NCBI GenBank assembly: GCA_051294375.1
Contig: CM119267.1
Coordinates: 12,471,081 to 12,535,080 of the forward strand
Direction: 5' to 3'
DNA length: 64,000 bases
Source: Paraspadella gotoi
Lineage: Eukaryota; Animalia; Chaetognatha
Shown here: positions 26,257-39,064 of the stretch, one piece after another
Position numbering within the stretch: the first letter of the stretch is position 1
Layout: each line of letters begins with the position of its first letter
Translations under genes and position numbers: made by a program
Notes under the pieces: model-generated
Database searches by the model: none
The model's input: the letters and a program-made list of their open reading frames with translations, nothing else
Told to the model about the DNA's origin: nothing

Positions 26257-28663
26257 TTTTTCCCAGAGTAGGAAACATTCTCGAAAGTAGTAAAACAACT
26301 TAAGGAGAAATCCGCACCTGGTGAAGATGGGATTACCCACTCTCAATTAAGATGGCTGAATCCACAATTCTCTAAAAGACTGTACGCTATTATGAAGTCA
26401 TCTTTTAAACTAAATTATTTTCCAGTCAAATGGAGAAATGCAGTTATAAATATGATAACCAAAAAGGGGAAACCACAAAATTCAGTGAAAGGATTTAGAC
26501 CAATTAGCCTTCTGAGCTGTTTAGGCAAATTATATGAACGTTTTATTTGTGACTCTATTTTAAAACATATGGATGTCAAAAATATAAAAACCCAATTCAG
26601 GCAGGCTTCTGTCGAGGACGATCCACTCAAGAACACCTGATAAGATTGTCGGAAGACGTTGCGAGAGGCTTTCAAAAGGATAAAATTACAGTCGCAGTTT
26701 TCCACAACGTAGATAGACAGTTTGATTATGAAAATGGAGGAATTGGGTTTCCCGGGCTGTTTAATACGATTGATAGACTCATGATATAGATTCGTCACTG
26801 TCAAAATTGGAGATTGTAATTCGAGAAGAATTTATATGTCTTGTGGTTGCCCACAGGGAGGAATTATCTCACCGGATCTATTTTCTATTTACGTGTTTGA
26901 TATTACAAGTAAGGTCCCAAAATAGTAGAAAACATTCAATTTGCAGATGACACAGCAAACTGGGTCACAGAAGTGTCTTTAGAGTTGTGCCAATTTGAAA
27001 TGAAGAGGACAATAGACGCCATCCAAAGGTGGTGCAGTAAATGGCAACTGAAGCTGGCCCCAGAAAAATGTCAGTTGATAATCTTTTCGAGAAGACGGAG
27101 AGCTCTATTGGGGTTGTACGGTAAGCAATATTTTTGGAAGTTACTTTTTACAGTAAATTAAATTTGAACATTCACATAGATAACCTCTCTAAACGAATGA
27201 TTCAAAGATGTGGTGTCTTATCCAAATTACGCTACAATTATAAACATTTAAGTAGTAATATTATGTTGAAGAGGCTGGTTTTACAGGGTGCCACACCCGC
27301 AGTCTGGTTGACACCTGTGGCGACAGCGAGACAGCTATGTTCATAGTCCAGACCTTTGGATCTGGCAGTAGGCCATGCCTCCAGGCGGGTTACCCGTTCC
27401 ATCCCACTTTCTACATGACAACCTCAGGGTCGAACCGGGGACGCACATTGGGATGGTGCTATAGTCCACTGAGCCACTGGCGCTGCGAAAGAAACGCTTT
27501 AATCCATCTTGTGGTGATAGGACCACCAGAGCAGCCGCCTCAGGACTCTCACATATGAGTGTACGAAGTAGGGGATGAAGCGCATGTCTCTCCATGACCT
27601 CTCTTCATTCTGAGTGGCCTTGCTTTGAGTGGCAGCTGCGTAGCTCAAACCATATCAAAGCAAGAGGCAGTATTATCATGCCGGTGTTGCGTGTTCGAAT
27701 CACGTGCGGCTCACATTAAAGAGGCTTGTTTTACAGGGCGCCACACCGCAGTGGTGTCACCTTGTCGACAGCGAGAAGCATTTGTCAGTCGTCCAGAGCT
27801 CTGGATCTGGCAGTAAGCCCATGCCTACAGGCGGGTTACCCTCGCATCCCACTTCGTCACATGACAACCTCAGGGCTCGAACCAGGGACGCACATTGGGA
27901 TGGTGCATTAGTCCACTGAGCCACTGAGGCGCTGCGAAAGAAACAGCTTTAATCCATCTGTGGTATAGGACCACCAGAATGTTAGAATATACTTGGTATT
28001 TGTTATTTCATTATTGGAGTTATAGCATGACCTGTTTTTGTACTATATCCAATCCTTATGGAATAAATAGAAAACCGTTGAATTTAGATTTTTAAAAAGC
28101 ATTTCTAATGTAGCTAGATCGATCAAATACTTTAGTATTGGATTACTTGGTTAAGAGCCTTTACATATTAGATTAATTAAAAGGGCACATTGGCAGATGC
28201 GAGGTTTGAATAGAGAAACACCTTTATTATCTAAAATATAGACGATATGAATGTTTAGGGCAGGCGGAAGGGCTATTTGCTCCTTCGAATTTTTAAGTGA
28301 AGTGCCAAATAAATATTCGGTGTAATTTTTACTTCTGAATTCAATCTTTGTTTTTTCTCGTGTTGTATATGCCTGATTCCTTGATTTCGTATTCGAGTAA
28401 AGTTTTGAGAAAGATTCAATTACAGACTACAGTTAGAGATAAAGATCAGATTTGGAATGAAGATAAATTTTCGTTTTTATCTTATCGAATGTTGTTGAAT
28501 TGGGAAGTTGGTACCATTTGTGTTTTCCCATGATTATTTGTAACTACAAATATTGTTGATTGAACGTGTATTATTTGTACTTTGCTCGTGATAATTTGTA
28601 ACTGCGACCCATGGCCAACTCTCGGCCCGTCCTTTCTGAATAAATTCTAATCTAATCTAATCA
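26257..28663 (+). mobile_element. 5'-truncated degenerate LINE (RT, 3'UTR, (CTAAT)n tail)
   Basis: KSAPGEDGI, FRPISLLSCLGKLYE, GCPQGGIISP, QFADDTA, WCSKWQLKLAPEK; ends AATAAATTCTAATCTAATCTAATC; splits a repeat that is intact at 776-870. Confidence 0.85.
27268..27978. mobile_element. 711-bp insertion with ~260-bp direct terminal repeats and tRNA-like modules
   Basis: Repeats at about 27268-27530 and 27718-27978; ATGTT duplicated at 27263-27267 and 27979-27983; LINE sequence resumes afterwards. Confidence 0.7.
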
Positions 28664-29039
28664 ATAAGCGTTTTTAACGTAAGTAGGAAAGACCGACGGA
28701 CTGACATACCGACCGACCGAAAAGTGACAAAAAACAAAAAACATGATTTTGAATCGTATTGTAATTAAATAGAGAGCCAAAGAAAATTAAGGGATAGCTG
28801 AATGTGAAGAAAACAAACAAACAAACAATAAATAAATAAATATATAAAGAAATATATAAATAAATAAATAAATAAAGTAATAAATAAATAAATAANNNNN
28901 NNNNNNNNNNNNNNNNNNNNTCATACCGACCGACCGAAAGTGACAAAAAACAAAAAACATGATTTTGAATCGTATTGTAATTAAATAGAGAGCCAAAGAA
29001 AATTAAGGGATAGCTGAATGTGAAGAAAACAAACAAACA

Positions 29040-29095
29040 AAAATAAATAAATAAATATATAAAGAAATATATAAATAAATAAATAAATAAAGTAA

Positions 29096-29126
<31 letters not shown>

Positions 29127-29130
29127 AGAA

Positions 29131-29173
<43 letters not shown>

Positions 29174-29255
29174 AATAAATAAAAAATAAATAAAGAAAGA
29201 AATAAGTAAATAAATAAAGAAATAAATAAAGAAATAAATAAAGAAATAAATAGAT
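29040..29255. repeat. (TAAA)n microsatellite
   Basis: Long imperfect TAAA array; partly duplicated across the N gap at 28896-28920. Confidence 0.95.
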
Positions 29256-29450
29256 AGGACCACGAATCGACGATAAGCGCTAATAGAATGATTATTTGAT
29301 TTCTTAATCGATTATTCAATTATTCAATTATTCTAAACGACGACCGACGAACTCGGCGGTATCGAGAAGAGGAAGAAATCTTAAAGATGGACGCCATTCC
29401 TCTGTCGTTTACCGTCTCGCCGACGAATCGTAACATATTTTCGACGAGAG

Positions 29451-29714
29451 ATGTCGTCTCGAATGTCGTCGTCGGCGGCGGCGTCGGATACGAAATCGTT
29501 GGACGCTGGCGTCGGCGTCGACGACGACGAATCGAGAGTCGCGAAGGGCGAGGAAGAGGACGAGGATGACGAGCAGACGGCGTCGAGGAATCGAGCGAGA
29601 AACGCAGAGTCTGATTCGTCGTCGGAATCAGAATGGGTTTCCGAGTCGGAGCCTGAAACCGATTCGGATCTGGATTCGCCTACCAACCGCACGGATCATC
29701 CCATCGCCTTGGAG
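29451..29714 (+). CDS. Uncharacterised single-pass membrane protein, exon 1 (acidic, Ser-rich)
   Basis: GC-rich ORF MSSRMSSS...DHPIALE; donor GAG|GTCGGT phase 0. Confidence 0.65.
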
Positions 29715-30020
29715 GTCGGTCTTTGTCCACAGTCCAGGCCAGTGTCCGGTCGATATGGCATTGTATATTTTTGCAAGCCCGTAACTGCCTCTTTTGTGGC
29801 CTTAGTCTTACTACGGGAGACTAAGAAGTAATAATGTTAAGGTGAGCGTAAAATTTAAAATACGACTAATGCATTTGTGGCTTTTGAGCGTAGATTAAAT
29901 CTGCGTCGTGGTCAGCATAGTCAGGATAATCTACTGAAATAACGACCCCATCCTCATCTTACTTCACTTCACTCATCCATTAAACCTTTCCACTTGTTTA
30001 CCTTTTTAGCGACTACTCAG

Positions 30021-30159
30021 TTTCAAGGACTTCATGAAGACGATGGCTGGCCGAACCGAACGGACAGACGGCCCATACAGCGAACGTCCAGCCAACGTCC
30101 TCCATCCTTCGCCTGTCGATCATTACGTCCAAAAATGCAACATCACCTCCTTCAAGTGG
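30021..30159 (+). CDS. Uncharacterised membrane protein exon 2 (alternative acceptor at 30010)
   Basis: CTCAG acceptor; FQGLHEDDGWPNRTDRR...HHLLQV; strong donor GTGAGT; gives the phase 1 needed downstream. Confidence 0.55.
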
Positions 30160-30755
30160 GTGAGTGGTGGCGGGTTTGTCAAGGTTTTCTCTTACCGGTT
30201 TTTCACTGTTTGTCACATTGAGCTTTCCCGCTAGATATTTTTAGAAATAATGTTGCAGAAATGATCCGTAAGATGATTCATAAATTATTTTCTGCGTCCG
30301 GAAATAAAATCCAAGTAGTCTGGATGTTTGCAGGGTCCGTCTGGGTCCTGCTAGGTCCTGGGTCATGAATCCAATGTCAGGAGCAAGATAGATCCTTCAT
30401 TAAACACTCGTCACCCGTAATTAAGAAATTGTATGAAATTTGTACAACCAATATAAAAATTATACAGTATCGGTTTTGAAGAACCTGGAAAAGTCCAGGG
30501 AGCTGTAACTTTTTTGTAAATGCTGGAAATCAGCTGAAAATCTAATACGGGTTAGACCTGAGCGTGGTTTATTCCCCATAAGAGTTTGAGCCACTTTAAA
30601 AAAAATAGTGAATGGGCATTTTATTGGACAAAAATTAATTTGCATACTGTAAAAAAAATATGGTAGTAAATACTCTTATATTATGGTGATATAACCGGGA
30701 GGGGTTGCCTAAACCAGTGGTAAAACAAAATGATCAAATACAGCTTTGTTAAAAC

Positions 30756-31851
30756 CAGAGATGTGGACGCGATCCGGAAAGCGTAAGCGAACACTGTGGA
30801 AGCGGCCGATTTTTGAAGAACCCGAAACGGGAGCGATAGAAAAATTGAGAATAAAGGATTGAACCCGGAAGCTATAATAACCCTGCGTGTTCGCTTCCTG
30901 GTCATTTGTTTTTATTGGTTAGAATGAAAGGTATTTAATGTATTAAAATCTTTGCAACCCCCTGCTCTTTCTTGATTTTTCTTTTAAAATTTGTTTTTAA
31001 TATTTATTTTCAACATTTAAAATTGTTTGCTCCTAATTTTTTTATTCACTTTTTCTTATTCTCTTCTTTTATTTTTTTTTCTTTTATTCTCTTTTCCTCT
31101 TTGGTCGAGAATCTATAAAAAAATTACAAATTTATTTTTTTAATTATTCTTTTTAATATATTCAAATAAAATCTGAGCTGAAAAAAAGATTTCTTTTTTT
31201 CCCTCTTGCACTGAACAAAAAAGCAAATAAAAAAAATATATAAAATAAATAAATTAAAATTATTAATAAACAAGTTTGAGCAAACAAATCCGGATCTGCC
31301 CACGATCATTAGTGGTAATTAATTGATTAATTAATTGAAAAAAAATAAATTATTTAATTAATTACATATTAATTAATTAAAATAATAACATCTAACATTT
31401 GGGAGCTCAAATGATTTGAACAGAGACAACAACGACGATGAATACAATGACGAAAACGACGACGAAGTTTTTGTACTTTGTGAGCCGTAGTACAGTAGTG
31501 GTCAATAAGAATAACCTGTTTTTACCCAATCTTGTTATGGCTGACCTTTTTCTCAGCCAATGTAAATACTAGTTGTTGTTGTTATTATTTTTATCATTTT
31601 TACTTTTTTACTGTTTTTGATAATACCAGGTTTTTTTATCACAAAAAACATGCCTCAAATTTTTCTATAAATTTTTGTTTTGAGTTACTGCAAACATTAT
31701 AAAAATATTTCAATTAATTAATTTAGAGAAAGCAAAGAATTTTGAATTTGTAACAACGATTTTTTAATTAATAGTTGGACATGTTTCGGCTTGTTTACTT
31801 CAAGCCTTCATCAGCATATGATATTCAATAATAAATTTGTGTAAAAGAAGA

Positions 31852-31898
<47 letters not shown>

Positions 31899-32689
31899 AA
31901 AGTTTTTCCAACAAAGTGGTGAGACAGAATAGTGGTCAGATGTGAGGACAGGTTGAAGGTAAGGGCAGATTGAGTGAGTTGTGAAAAGAAGTGAAACTTG
32001 TTAAAGAAGAGAGAGAGAGAGAGAGTGAGAGAGAGAGAGAAACAAAACAACAAGGATAAATAAATAATAAAGATATATTTTTGCAATGTACAACAAAGAT
32101 AAAGGAGTTTAATTAATTATGACAATGATAACACTGACATTGTTTAATTGATTGATTAATTAATTGATTAATTAATTAATTGGTTCTTTTAATAATTTAT
32201 TGATAAATAAATTTATTAATTAGTTGATTGATAAATTTATTTATTGATTGATAAAAAAATTGATTCATTAATTTTTTAAATGATTTTGATTAGTTGTTTA
32301 GTTGAATGATTGATTGATTAATTAATTGATTAATTGAATAATTAATGCAGCTTGTATTTATATTTAATAAAAAAGAAAAAAGCAAATAGGGAAAAAGGTT
32401 TTTTGTTTTTTTTCATTTAAATTCATTTCCACTCGAACGATTCTTACAATCTTACAATTTTTCATAGTAAAAATTTCACTTGTTATTTGTTAACAAAAAA
32501 GATTGTTTAAAATTATTTTACCAATGAATTACATGTCTAAAGAGAGTATTTTTATAAATAATAATAAATGTAAAATTTCTAAAGGAAGGAAGCGATGTGC
32601 ACTCGAAACCGAAAGCGATCCGGAGCGGGAGGGGTCTTGGAAGCGCCGGATTGGCAGCGGCGGAAAAATCGATCGCTTCCACATCTCTG
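30756..32689. mobile_element. hAT-like non-autonomous element nested in the left TIR
   Basis: TIR CAGAGATGTGGA.GCGATC / GATCGCTTCCACATCTCTG; ~8-bp TSD GTTAAAAC/GTTAAAC, checked against the uninterrupted right arm. Confidence 0.8.
31778..31814 (-). ncRNA. Hammerhead motif
   Basis: Reverse complement CTGATGA-A-GGCTTG-aagtaaa-CAAGCC-GAAA-CATGTC; perfect 6-bp stem II; preceded by (CT)n on that strand. Confidence 0.75.
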
Positions 32690-34544
32690 GTTAAACTCAT
32701 TTGCATACAGTAGCAATATATTTTTTTATAATATTGTATTTTCAGTCTTATGATAATTTAAAAAAAATTACTTCAAATAATAGCTAACTGATACACCAAT
32801 AACATACAATGCATAAAATAGAATATTTGTTATTCTTTAATCCAAAATTAATTTTCAACAAATTATAAAAATATGCATTTTTTTGAACAAATGTTTTTAA
32901 AAAATAGTAATTATGCCAACCAACTGTCCTTGGTGCACTGATTACAAATATATAATTTTTTTTTAAATACGACTACTATATTATGAAATATAACCCTTCA
33001 AAACCTTAAAAAATACAGAAAAACACCCTTAATTCAAACTTTAATAAAAACCGTTCCAATGATATTACATCTCTCATACTTTAATACATATCAAGGAGAA
33101 CCATCAGGTTTATTGTGTGAAAGTTATAGATAACTTCGATAAGGAATGACTGAACAGGAAGGCGAAAAATAGATAGATGAACTATATCAGCTTGTAATTG
33201 AATAATATACTCTTGCTTAATAAGGCGGAACAAAGTAAAAACTAAGAGTTCTGTAATATAAATAACGTTAAGGCATCCCTGTGGGATGACGAATTGAAAA
33301 AAAAAATTAAGATTTTATATATAGTAAATAATATAGAAGCATTTAAAGTTTATCGTATTACTATAAATCATGAAATTTTTTTTTCAAAATCAGAATTTTT
33401 AAAGCGGATTCGGGTAGAGATTGAAAAAAAAATAAAAAATATTACTACAAGATTTTCAAATTTTATTGTTTTATTGCTTAATATTAACAAAAACTATAAA
33501 AATTATGGTAGGACGATGATGATGATGATTTTAAAGAGTTTTCCGTTATTTGACCCACTTATCATCAAAATATTGAAAAACACATTATACTTTGTGTAGA
33601 AAACTTTTTATGGGCTATCTGAATCGGTTCTTAAAAAATAAAAATTTTACTTTGTTCCGCCTTATTAAGCAAGAGTACATTATTCAATTACAAGCTGATA
33701 TAGTTCATCCATCTATTTTTTGCCTTCCTGTGCAGTCATTCCTTATCGAAGTTATCTATAACTTTCACACAATAAACCTGATGGTTCTCCTTGATATGTA
33801 TTAAAGTATGAGAGTTGTAATATCATTGGAACGGTTTTTATTAAAGTTTGAATTAAGGGTGTTTTTCTGTATTTTTTAAGGTTTTGAAGGGTTATATTTC
33901 ATAATATAGTAGTCGTATTTATAAAAAAATTATATATTTGTAATCAGTGCATCGAGGACAGTTGGTTGGCATAATTACTATTTTTAAAAAAACATTTGTT
34001 CAAAAAATGCATATTTTTATATTTTGTTAAAAATTAATTTTGGATTAAAGAATAACAAATATTCTATTTTATGCATTGTATGTTATTGGTGTATCAGTTA
34101 GCTATTATTTGAAATACATTTTTTAAAAATTATCATAAGACTGAAAATACAATATTATAAAAAAATATATTGCTACTGTATGCAAATGAGTTTTAACAAA
34201 GCTGTATTTGATCATTTTGTTTTACCACTGGTTTAGGCAACCCCTCCCGGTTATATCACCATAATATAAGAGTATTTACTACCATATTTTTTTTACAGTA
34301 TGCAAATTACTTTTTTGTCCAAAAAAATGCCCATTCACTATTTTTTTTTAAAGTGGCTCAAACTCTTATGGGGAATAAACCACCCTCAGGTCTAACCCGT
34401 ATTAGATTTTCAGCTGATTTCCAGCATTTACAAAAAAGTTACAGCCTCCCTGGACTTTTCCAGGTTCTTCAAAACCGATACTGTATATTATTTCCAAAGG
34501 TAAACAATACTAAACTTTCCTATCCTCTTCTCGCGACGCCTCAG

Positions 34545-34733
34545 ACGGAGCCGCCGACGCCTCTGAAGACCACAAGGCGCATGGTTCGAGTCCCGAAGAA
34601 AACTCGATTTCAAGAGAAGCCAGTTTCGGCGGAGCATCGCGTCTCGACAATGATGCCCATGGAGGAGGCCCTAAATTCGAGACCATTAATTACACGCACA
34701 ACGAAGGGATGGTCGCCGTCAACGAAAATCAAG
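34545..34733 (+). CDS. Uncharacterised membrane protein exon 3
   Basis: Pyrimidine tract plus CTCAG; 189 nt symmetric exon (D)GAADASEDH...VNENQ; donor GTGTGA. Confidence 0.55.
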
Positions 34734-36592
34734 GTGTGACATGGATTTTCATGGCGCTCTCTCTCTATCTCTCTTTTCTCATACATATTTTAAAATTTAA
34801 TTTAGTAAAACAAGTAATCTTGCAATTTTTCATACATATATATGTACATTGTACAGCTTATTAACAATTGTATTATTACTGAGTTAAACTTTCCCATTTT
34901 GAGCATAATAAATCAAAAATAAAATCTCTCTCACTCTCATCTTACCGTATTTTTGGTATGGTTTTAGCTATTCATTACATTGTCCTTTTATTGCGTCTTG
35001 CACTCTTCAATTGATTTTACCTATCGCATTTTCTCGATTTGAAACTTAAAGGCCAACTTAAACAAGGCAAACTTAAAGTAGGAGCTGACGTCGTTCTTAG
35101 AGATCGAGGAAGATTTTTTGACGCAATTTTTTTATATAAAATAAAAGGATTTCTCAACTTCAATACAATGTAAATACATTTAACATATGTTGTGATTTTA
35201 CAAAAAACTTCAAATTCAGGAATCCGATAGCCATATATCTGAAGGGCTTAGTCCTACTTAAAGTCAATTTAAACCTTACAAGAATTTGATTAATTCTATA
35301 TTAGACACCCCCTCCTATCTCTCTACTAAGTATTTCTGAAAAAATTAATAGCTTTTTTATAAAAAAATTTCAACATAAATAGCAGTTATTTTGATCGAGG
35401 AATTTAGCAAATAAAACACTTTTTTCAATATTGTTAGACTATTACCAACAAAAATGATTAAATTTTAACTCTAAGACAATGTGGGCTGGACTGCGGATTA
35501 ATTGAAATCATCTGCTGCATTTTCTGATCAAAAATCAATATCATTTTTTCTACTTTTAATAAAAAAAATTATGTCCATTTTTGGTCCATTTTGACTTTTG
35601 TCTTGAGATTTGAATGCCGAGATCATTGAAAAAATTTTTTTTTACTCTGGCTTTTGGGTCCTTTTTATCTTCTTTACCTCTGAGTCATCTATTGTTTGCC
35701 TAAGAATTAATTTTTAAATTTAGTCAAAAACATGCATTTTTACATATTATAATTTGTTAAACGAAAATACTTCAAAATATCCACAATTCTAATCAAATAT
35801 TCCCTATTCACGGTGCTTCTGGTACCTAAAAAATTAGGGCAAAATATTTAATAGTTTTGCAGCAAATAAATTTTAATCTGTGAAGTTTTGTGAGGTGCGT
35901 TTTATTTGAACTAAAACTCGGTTTTTGACTTATTTTATAGTTTTATTAGATGAGAAACATACTAAGGTTGACGAATTAAAAAAAACGCCTTCTTTTATTG
36001 AAAGGGGAAGCGTCAGCAAATTAATTTCTCTCAATTGACAAGTTTTTGCGGAAAAAATTTCAGCAAAAATCTGTCAATTTTTTAAATCTGCTAAGCAATT
36101 AAACTTTGAATAAAATCATACGCTACCGAAGATTTCTTGAAATAAAAGGCCAAAAATTAAACATAAAAATAATTTAAAACAAGTTTGGGCAAACAATGTT
36201 GGATCTGCGCCTACGATAATTTAAATTTTCTTAATTTTTTTTCTTTATTTCCTTCTTTCTTTCTTATTTTCTCTTTTTTCAATGGACAGTTAGACATTTT
36301 TTAAACAATGTTTTTTGAGATTAAATACAAAGTCTTTTTACAAGGTTTTTATAATTTGATGTTCTAAAAAAAATGTGATTATAAAAATTCATGGAAGTGA
36401 TGACAATAATTAATCATTCAGAAATACGATATTGCAATATTAACGGTTTATCGTTGAAATAAGAATTTATCAATGCGATGTTAAATATTTTTGGATGCCG
36501 TCATAACGATTTATTGATAGTACAACAGTTGATGCCATGGAAATCAATCAATCAATCAATGTGATCATAGTCGATCATAAATGATCCAATGA

Positions 36593-36731
<139 letters not shown>

Positions 36732-37505
36732 GAGAAACAGAGAAACTTAAAACAACTTCAAGTAAATCTGATTTTTTTTCCATTTCCGCTCGTACGATTC
36801 CATCTTGAATTATATATCCAATTTTTAATAATTCAAACATTTATGAGTAAAAGTAAGTTTAAAAAATTCGAGTCAATTTGACTTTTGTTTTTTTTTTTTA
36901 TTCAAACTAATTTCCACGCAGAGGAGAGTCGTTAGGACTGTGAATGGAACACAACGCCTAGGATGGTGTGTTCCATCTCTGAGCCAATGGGATTGGCTGA
37001 ACGATGATGGACGTGAGGCGGTGTGAATATACCGCCACACATCACACTAAAGTCAAAAGTACTGAGTTTAAAAAGAAAAATAAACAATAAGAGTTAGAGC
37101 TCAAACCATTTGACGAAATATTTTTGGTAAGAGTGGAAAAGTGGGAGAAAATTTACGAGAGGGATTTTGAAAATTGTTTTTCGTATTCACGATATTTAGG
37201 TTTAATCATTGAAAAATATTTTTTTCTTATGAAGGAAAGTGAATTCTTCTTTCTTCGTACTCTTGGCCTAAAGTAAATTTCTTTAAAATTTCATAAAAAT
37301 CCGCTTCTCCGTTTGGACTCCAACTCTTCCGATAGGTTTCTTTTATTTATAAATAAAAAGTGCTAATAAATGGGAACGTATATAAAAAAAAAAAGAAAGT
37401 GAATACATTTTCGGAATCGCAAGAAGGTCGACTTTCTAAATCTCAGCTCCGTTTTAGTGTATATCGAAGTTTAAATCGCTTGATCGCCCTAATGTCATTA
37501 AACAG

Positions 37506-37664
37506 AGTTGGAGCGATCGTCCGAGGACGAAGGAGAGAGAAAGAAGAAAAAGAATGAATCGAAAAAGGCTAACGCAATTCTGATGACGATTCTTCCGCCC
37601 GCCCTCGTCATCGCTGTCATTCTTTACATCATCGGCGTCGTCCTCACCGCTATTCTCAGCGAAG
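37506..37664 (+). CDS. Uncharacterised membrane protein exon 4 (basic stretch plus TM helix)
   Basis: AACAG acceptor; ERKKKKNESKK then ILPPALVIAVILYIIGVVLTAIL; donor GTAAAT. Confidence 0.7.
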
Positions 37665-38032
37665 GTAAATTTACCGGCACTATTTTCCGAAAGCGCGCCT
37701 TTTCTGTTCTTATTCCCCGATTCCCTTATTCCTTTTAACCATAACCTTTTACTAAATAACGACCATAAATTTTCCTCAATAAGTTAAACATTGCGTAGGA
37801 CAAACAGGCGTGTCAACCATTTTGATTTTAGATTTTATCTGGTTTTCGTTTAGAAAATGCAAAGAAAAATGGGTGACATCCAGACGGTAGCGGGCGACGC
37901 CAGTTAACCTCAAAAAGTAAGAGTAATGAAAATCATTCGAACGATTAAATTGATTTTGGCGCCACTCGTCTGGATGCCACGAGAGGCAGATCGAGTTACG
38001 CAATTTCATTTAGTGCTTTTCATTTACTACAG

Positions 38033-38114
38033 CTAGCAACGGGTACCACGACTTACAACAGCAAGTTCGATACGAGGTCGTTCGTTACATTGAGAACATC
38101 ATCAGCATGATGAG
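38033..38114 (+). CDS. Uncharacterised membrane protein exon 5
   Basis: TACAG acceptor; ASNGYHDLQQQVRYEVVRYIENIISMM; donor GTTTAT; phases are consistent. Confidence 0.65.
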
Positions 38115-38193
38115 GTTTATAGTTTTTTAATTCATGTTGTTAGTTAGTTAGTTTCATTAAAAAAAAACAGTGTCATTTTATTTTTTTTTATAG

Positions 38194-38263
38194 ATCCAAC
38201 GAAACCTTTGTTCAGATGTTGGAATTGGAAAAATCGCTCAAAACTCTGAAGGAAAAATTGTGA
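38194..38263 (+). CDS. Uncharacterised membrane protein exon 6 (terminal)
   Basis: T-tract plus TAG acceptor; SNETFVQMLELEKSLKTLKEKL* with an N-glycosylation sequon and a helical or coiled-coil pattern. Confidence 0.65.
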
Positions 38264-39064
38264 TTTTTCACCGTTTGTAATTTTTAACGTTGTATATTTT
38301 TTGAGAAACGATTAAATATTTCGAGGTTCTTGAATTATTTAATTACGTTATGCTTTGAATCCATGAAAATTATGTTAGATTGATTTGGATTTTCAAGTCC
38401 GCTAATTTATTTTACAAGATTCCATGTTTTTATATCAAATTTAATGCTTATTTTGTTTATAAATCCTTTGAATTTTGATCACCTTTTTATTTTCTGAAGA
38501 GGTCGCAAGGCACTGGGTTCACGTATTCAGAAACAGGATAAAAACAAAAGCCAACGGGCTATTCTCGTGATATGGTTTCCTTTCAAATCTAAATTCGTAG
38601 AATTTTTTGAAAATGCATACAATATTTTGTTGTGCTCACTTATTTTGAAAGCTGTCATTTCGATATATTCAAACAATATATATTTCCAACCCTAATTTTT
38701 ATCGTCAGAATTTAAATTGTTTTTTATTACAGTAACTCTCAGTCTTTGCGCCTACTGCCTCCCTTTCTTTGCTTTTCATACGTCCCCTCGAAAATGAAAG
38801 AACGATTGTCGTTTTGTTTTGATCATTTTTTGATTGCGCATTGCGTTTACGCTGCGGCGGCGGCGGGGGCGGCGGCAGTGGATGCGGCAGCAGTGTTTTC
38901 CATAGAGGTGGCGATTGAGGATTTGCCAGGCGTTCTCATTACCAGCATTTAATTTGGCAAAAGAGCAATGTGATAATTTATCCTGCTGGAATTTCGACTA
39001 TTTAGAATCTTTTTACCGCTCTTAGAGGGAAACATCTAGGTTTCGACAATGGACAGTGTCACAG

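Larger units (their letters stand above)
30465..34483. mobile_element. Tc1/mariner-like non-autonomous element with ~840-bp TIRs
   Basis: TA|CAGTATCGGTTTTGAAG...CTTCAAAACCGATACTG|TA; left arm 30465-30755 plus 32697-33240, right arm about 33644-34483. Confidence 0.85.

Noticed and set aside
27634-27713. Genuine tRNA gene
   Set aside because: Non-canonical D and anticodon loops, a competing TTGCTTTGA/TCAAAGCAA pairing, and location inside a TE insertion; treated as tRNA-like only
28690-29100. Direct repeat flanking the N run
   Set aside because: Typical contig-overlap artefact at a scaffold gap
34353-34544. 5' part of the 128-aa ORF 34353-34739
   Set aside because: Mostly derived from the TIR of a transposon (mirrored at 30460-30645); only the part after the 34544 acceptor looks exonic
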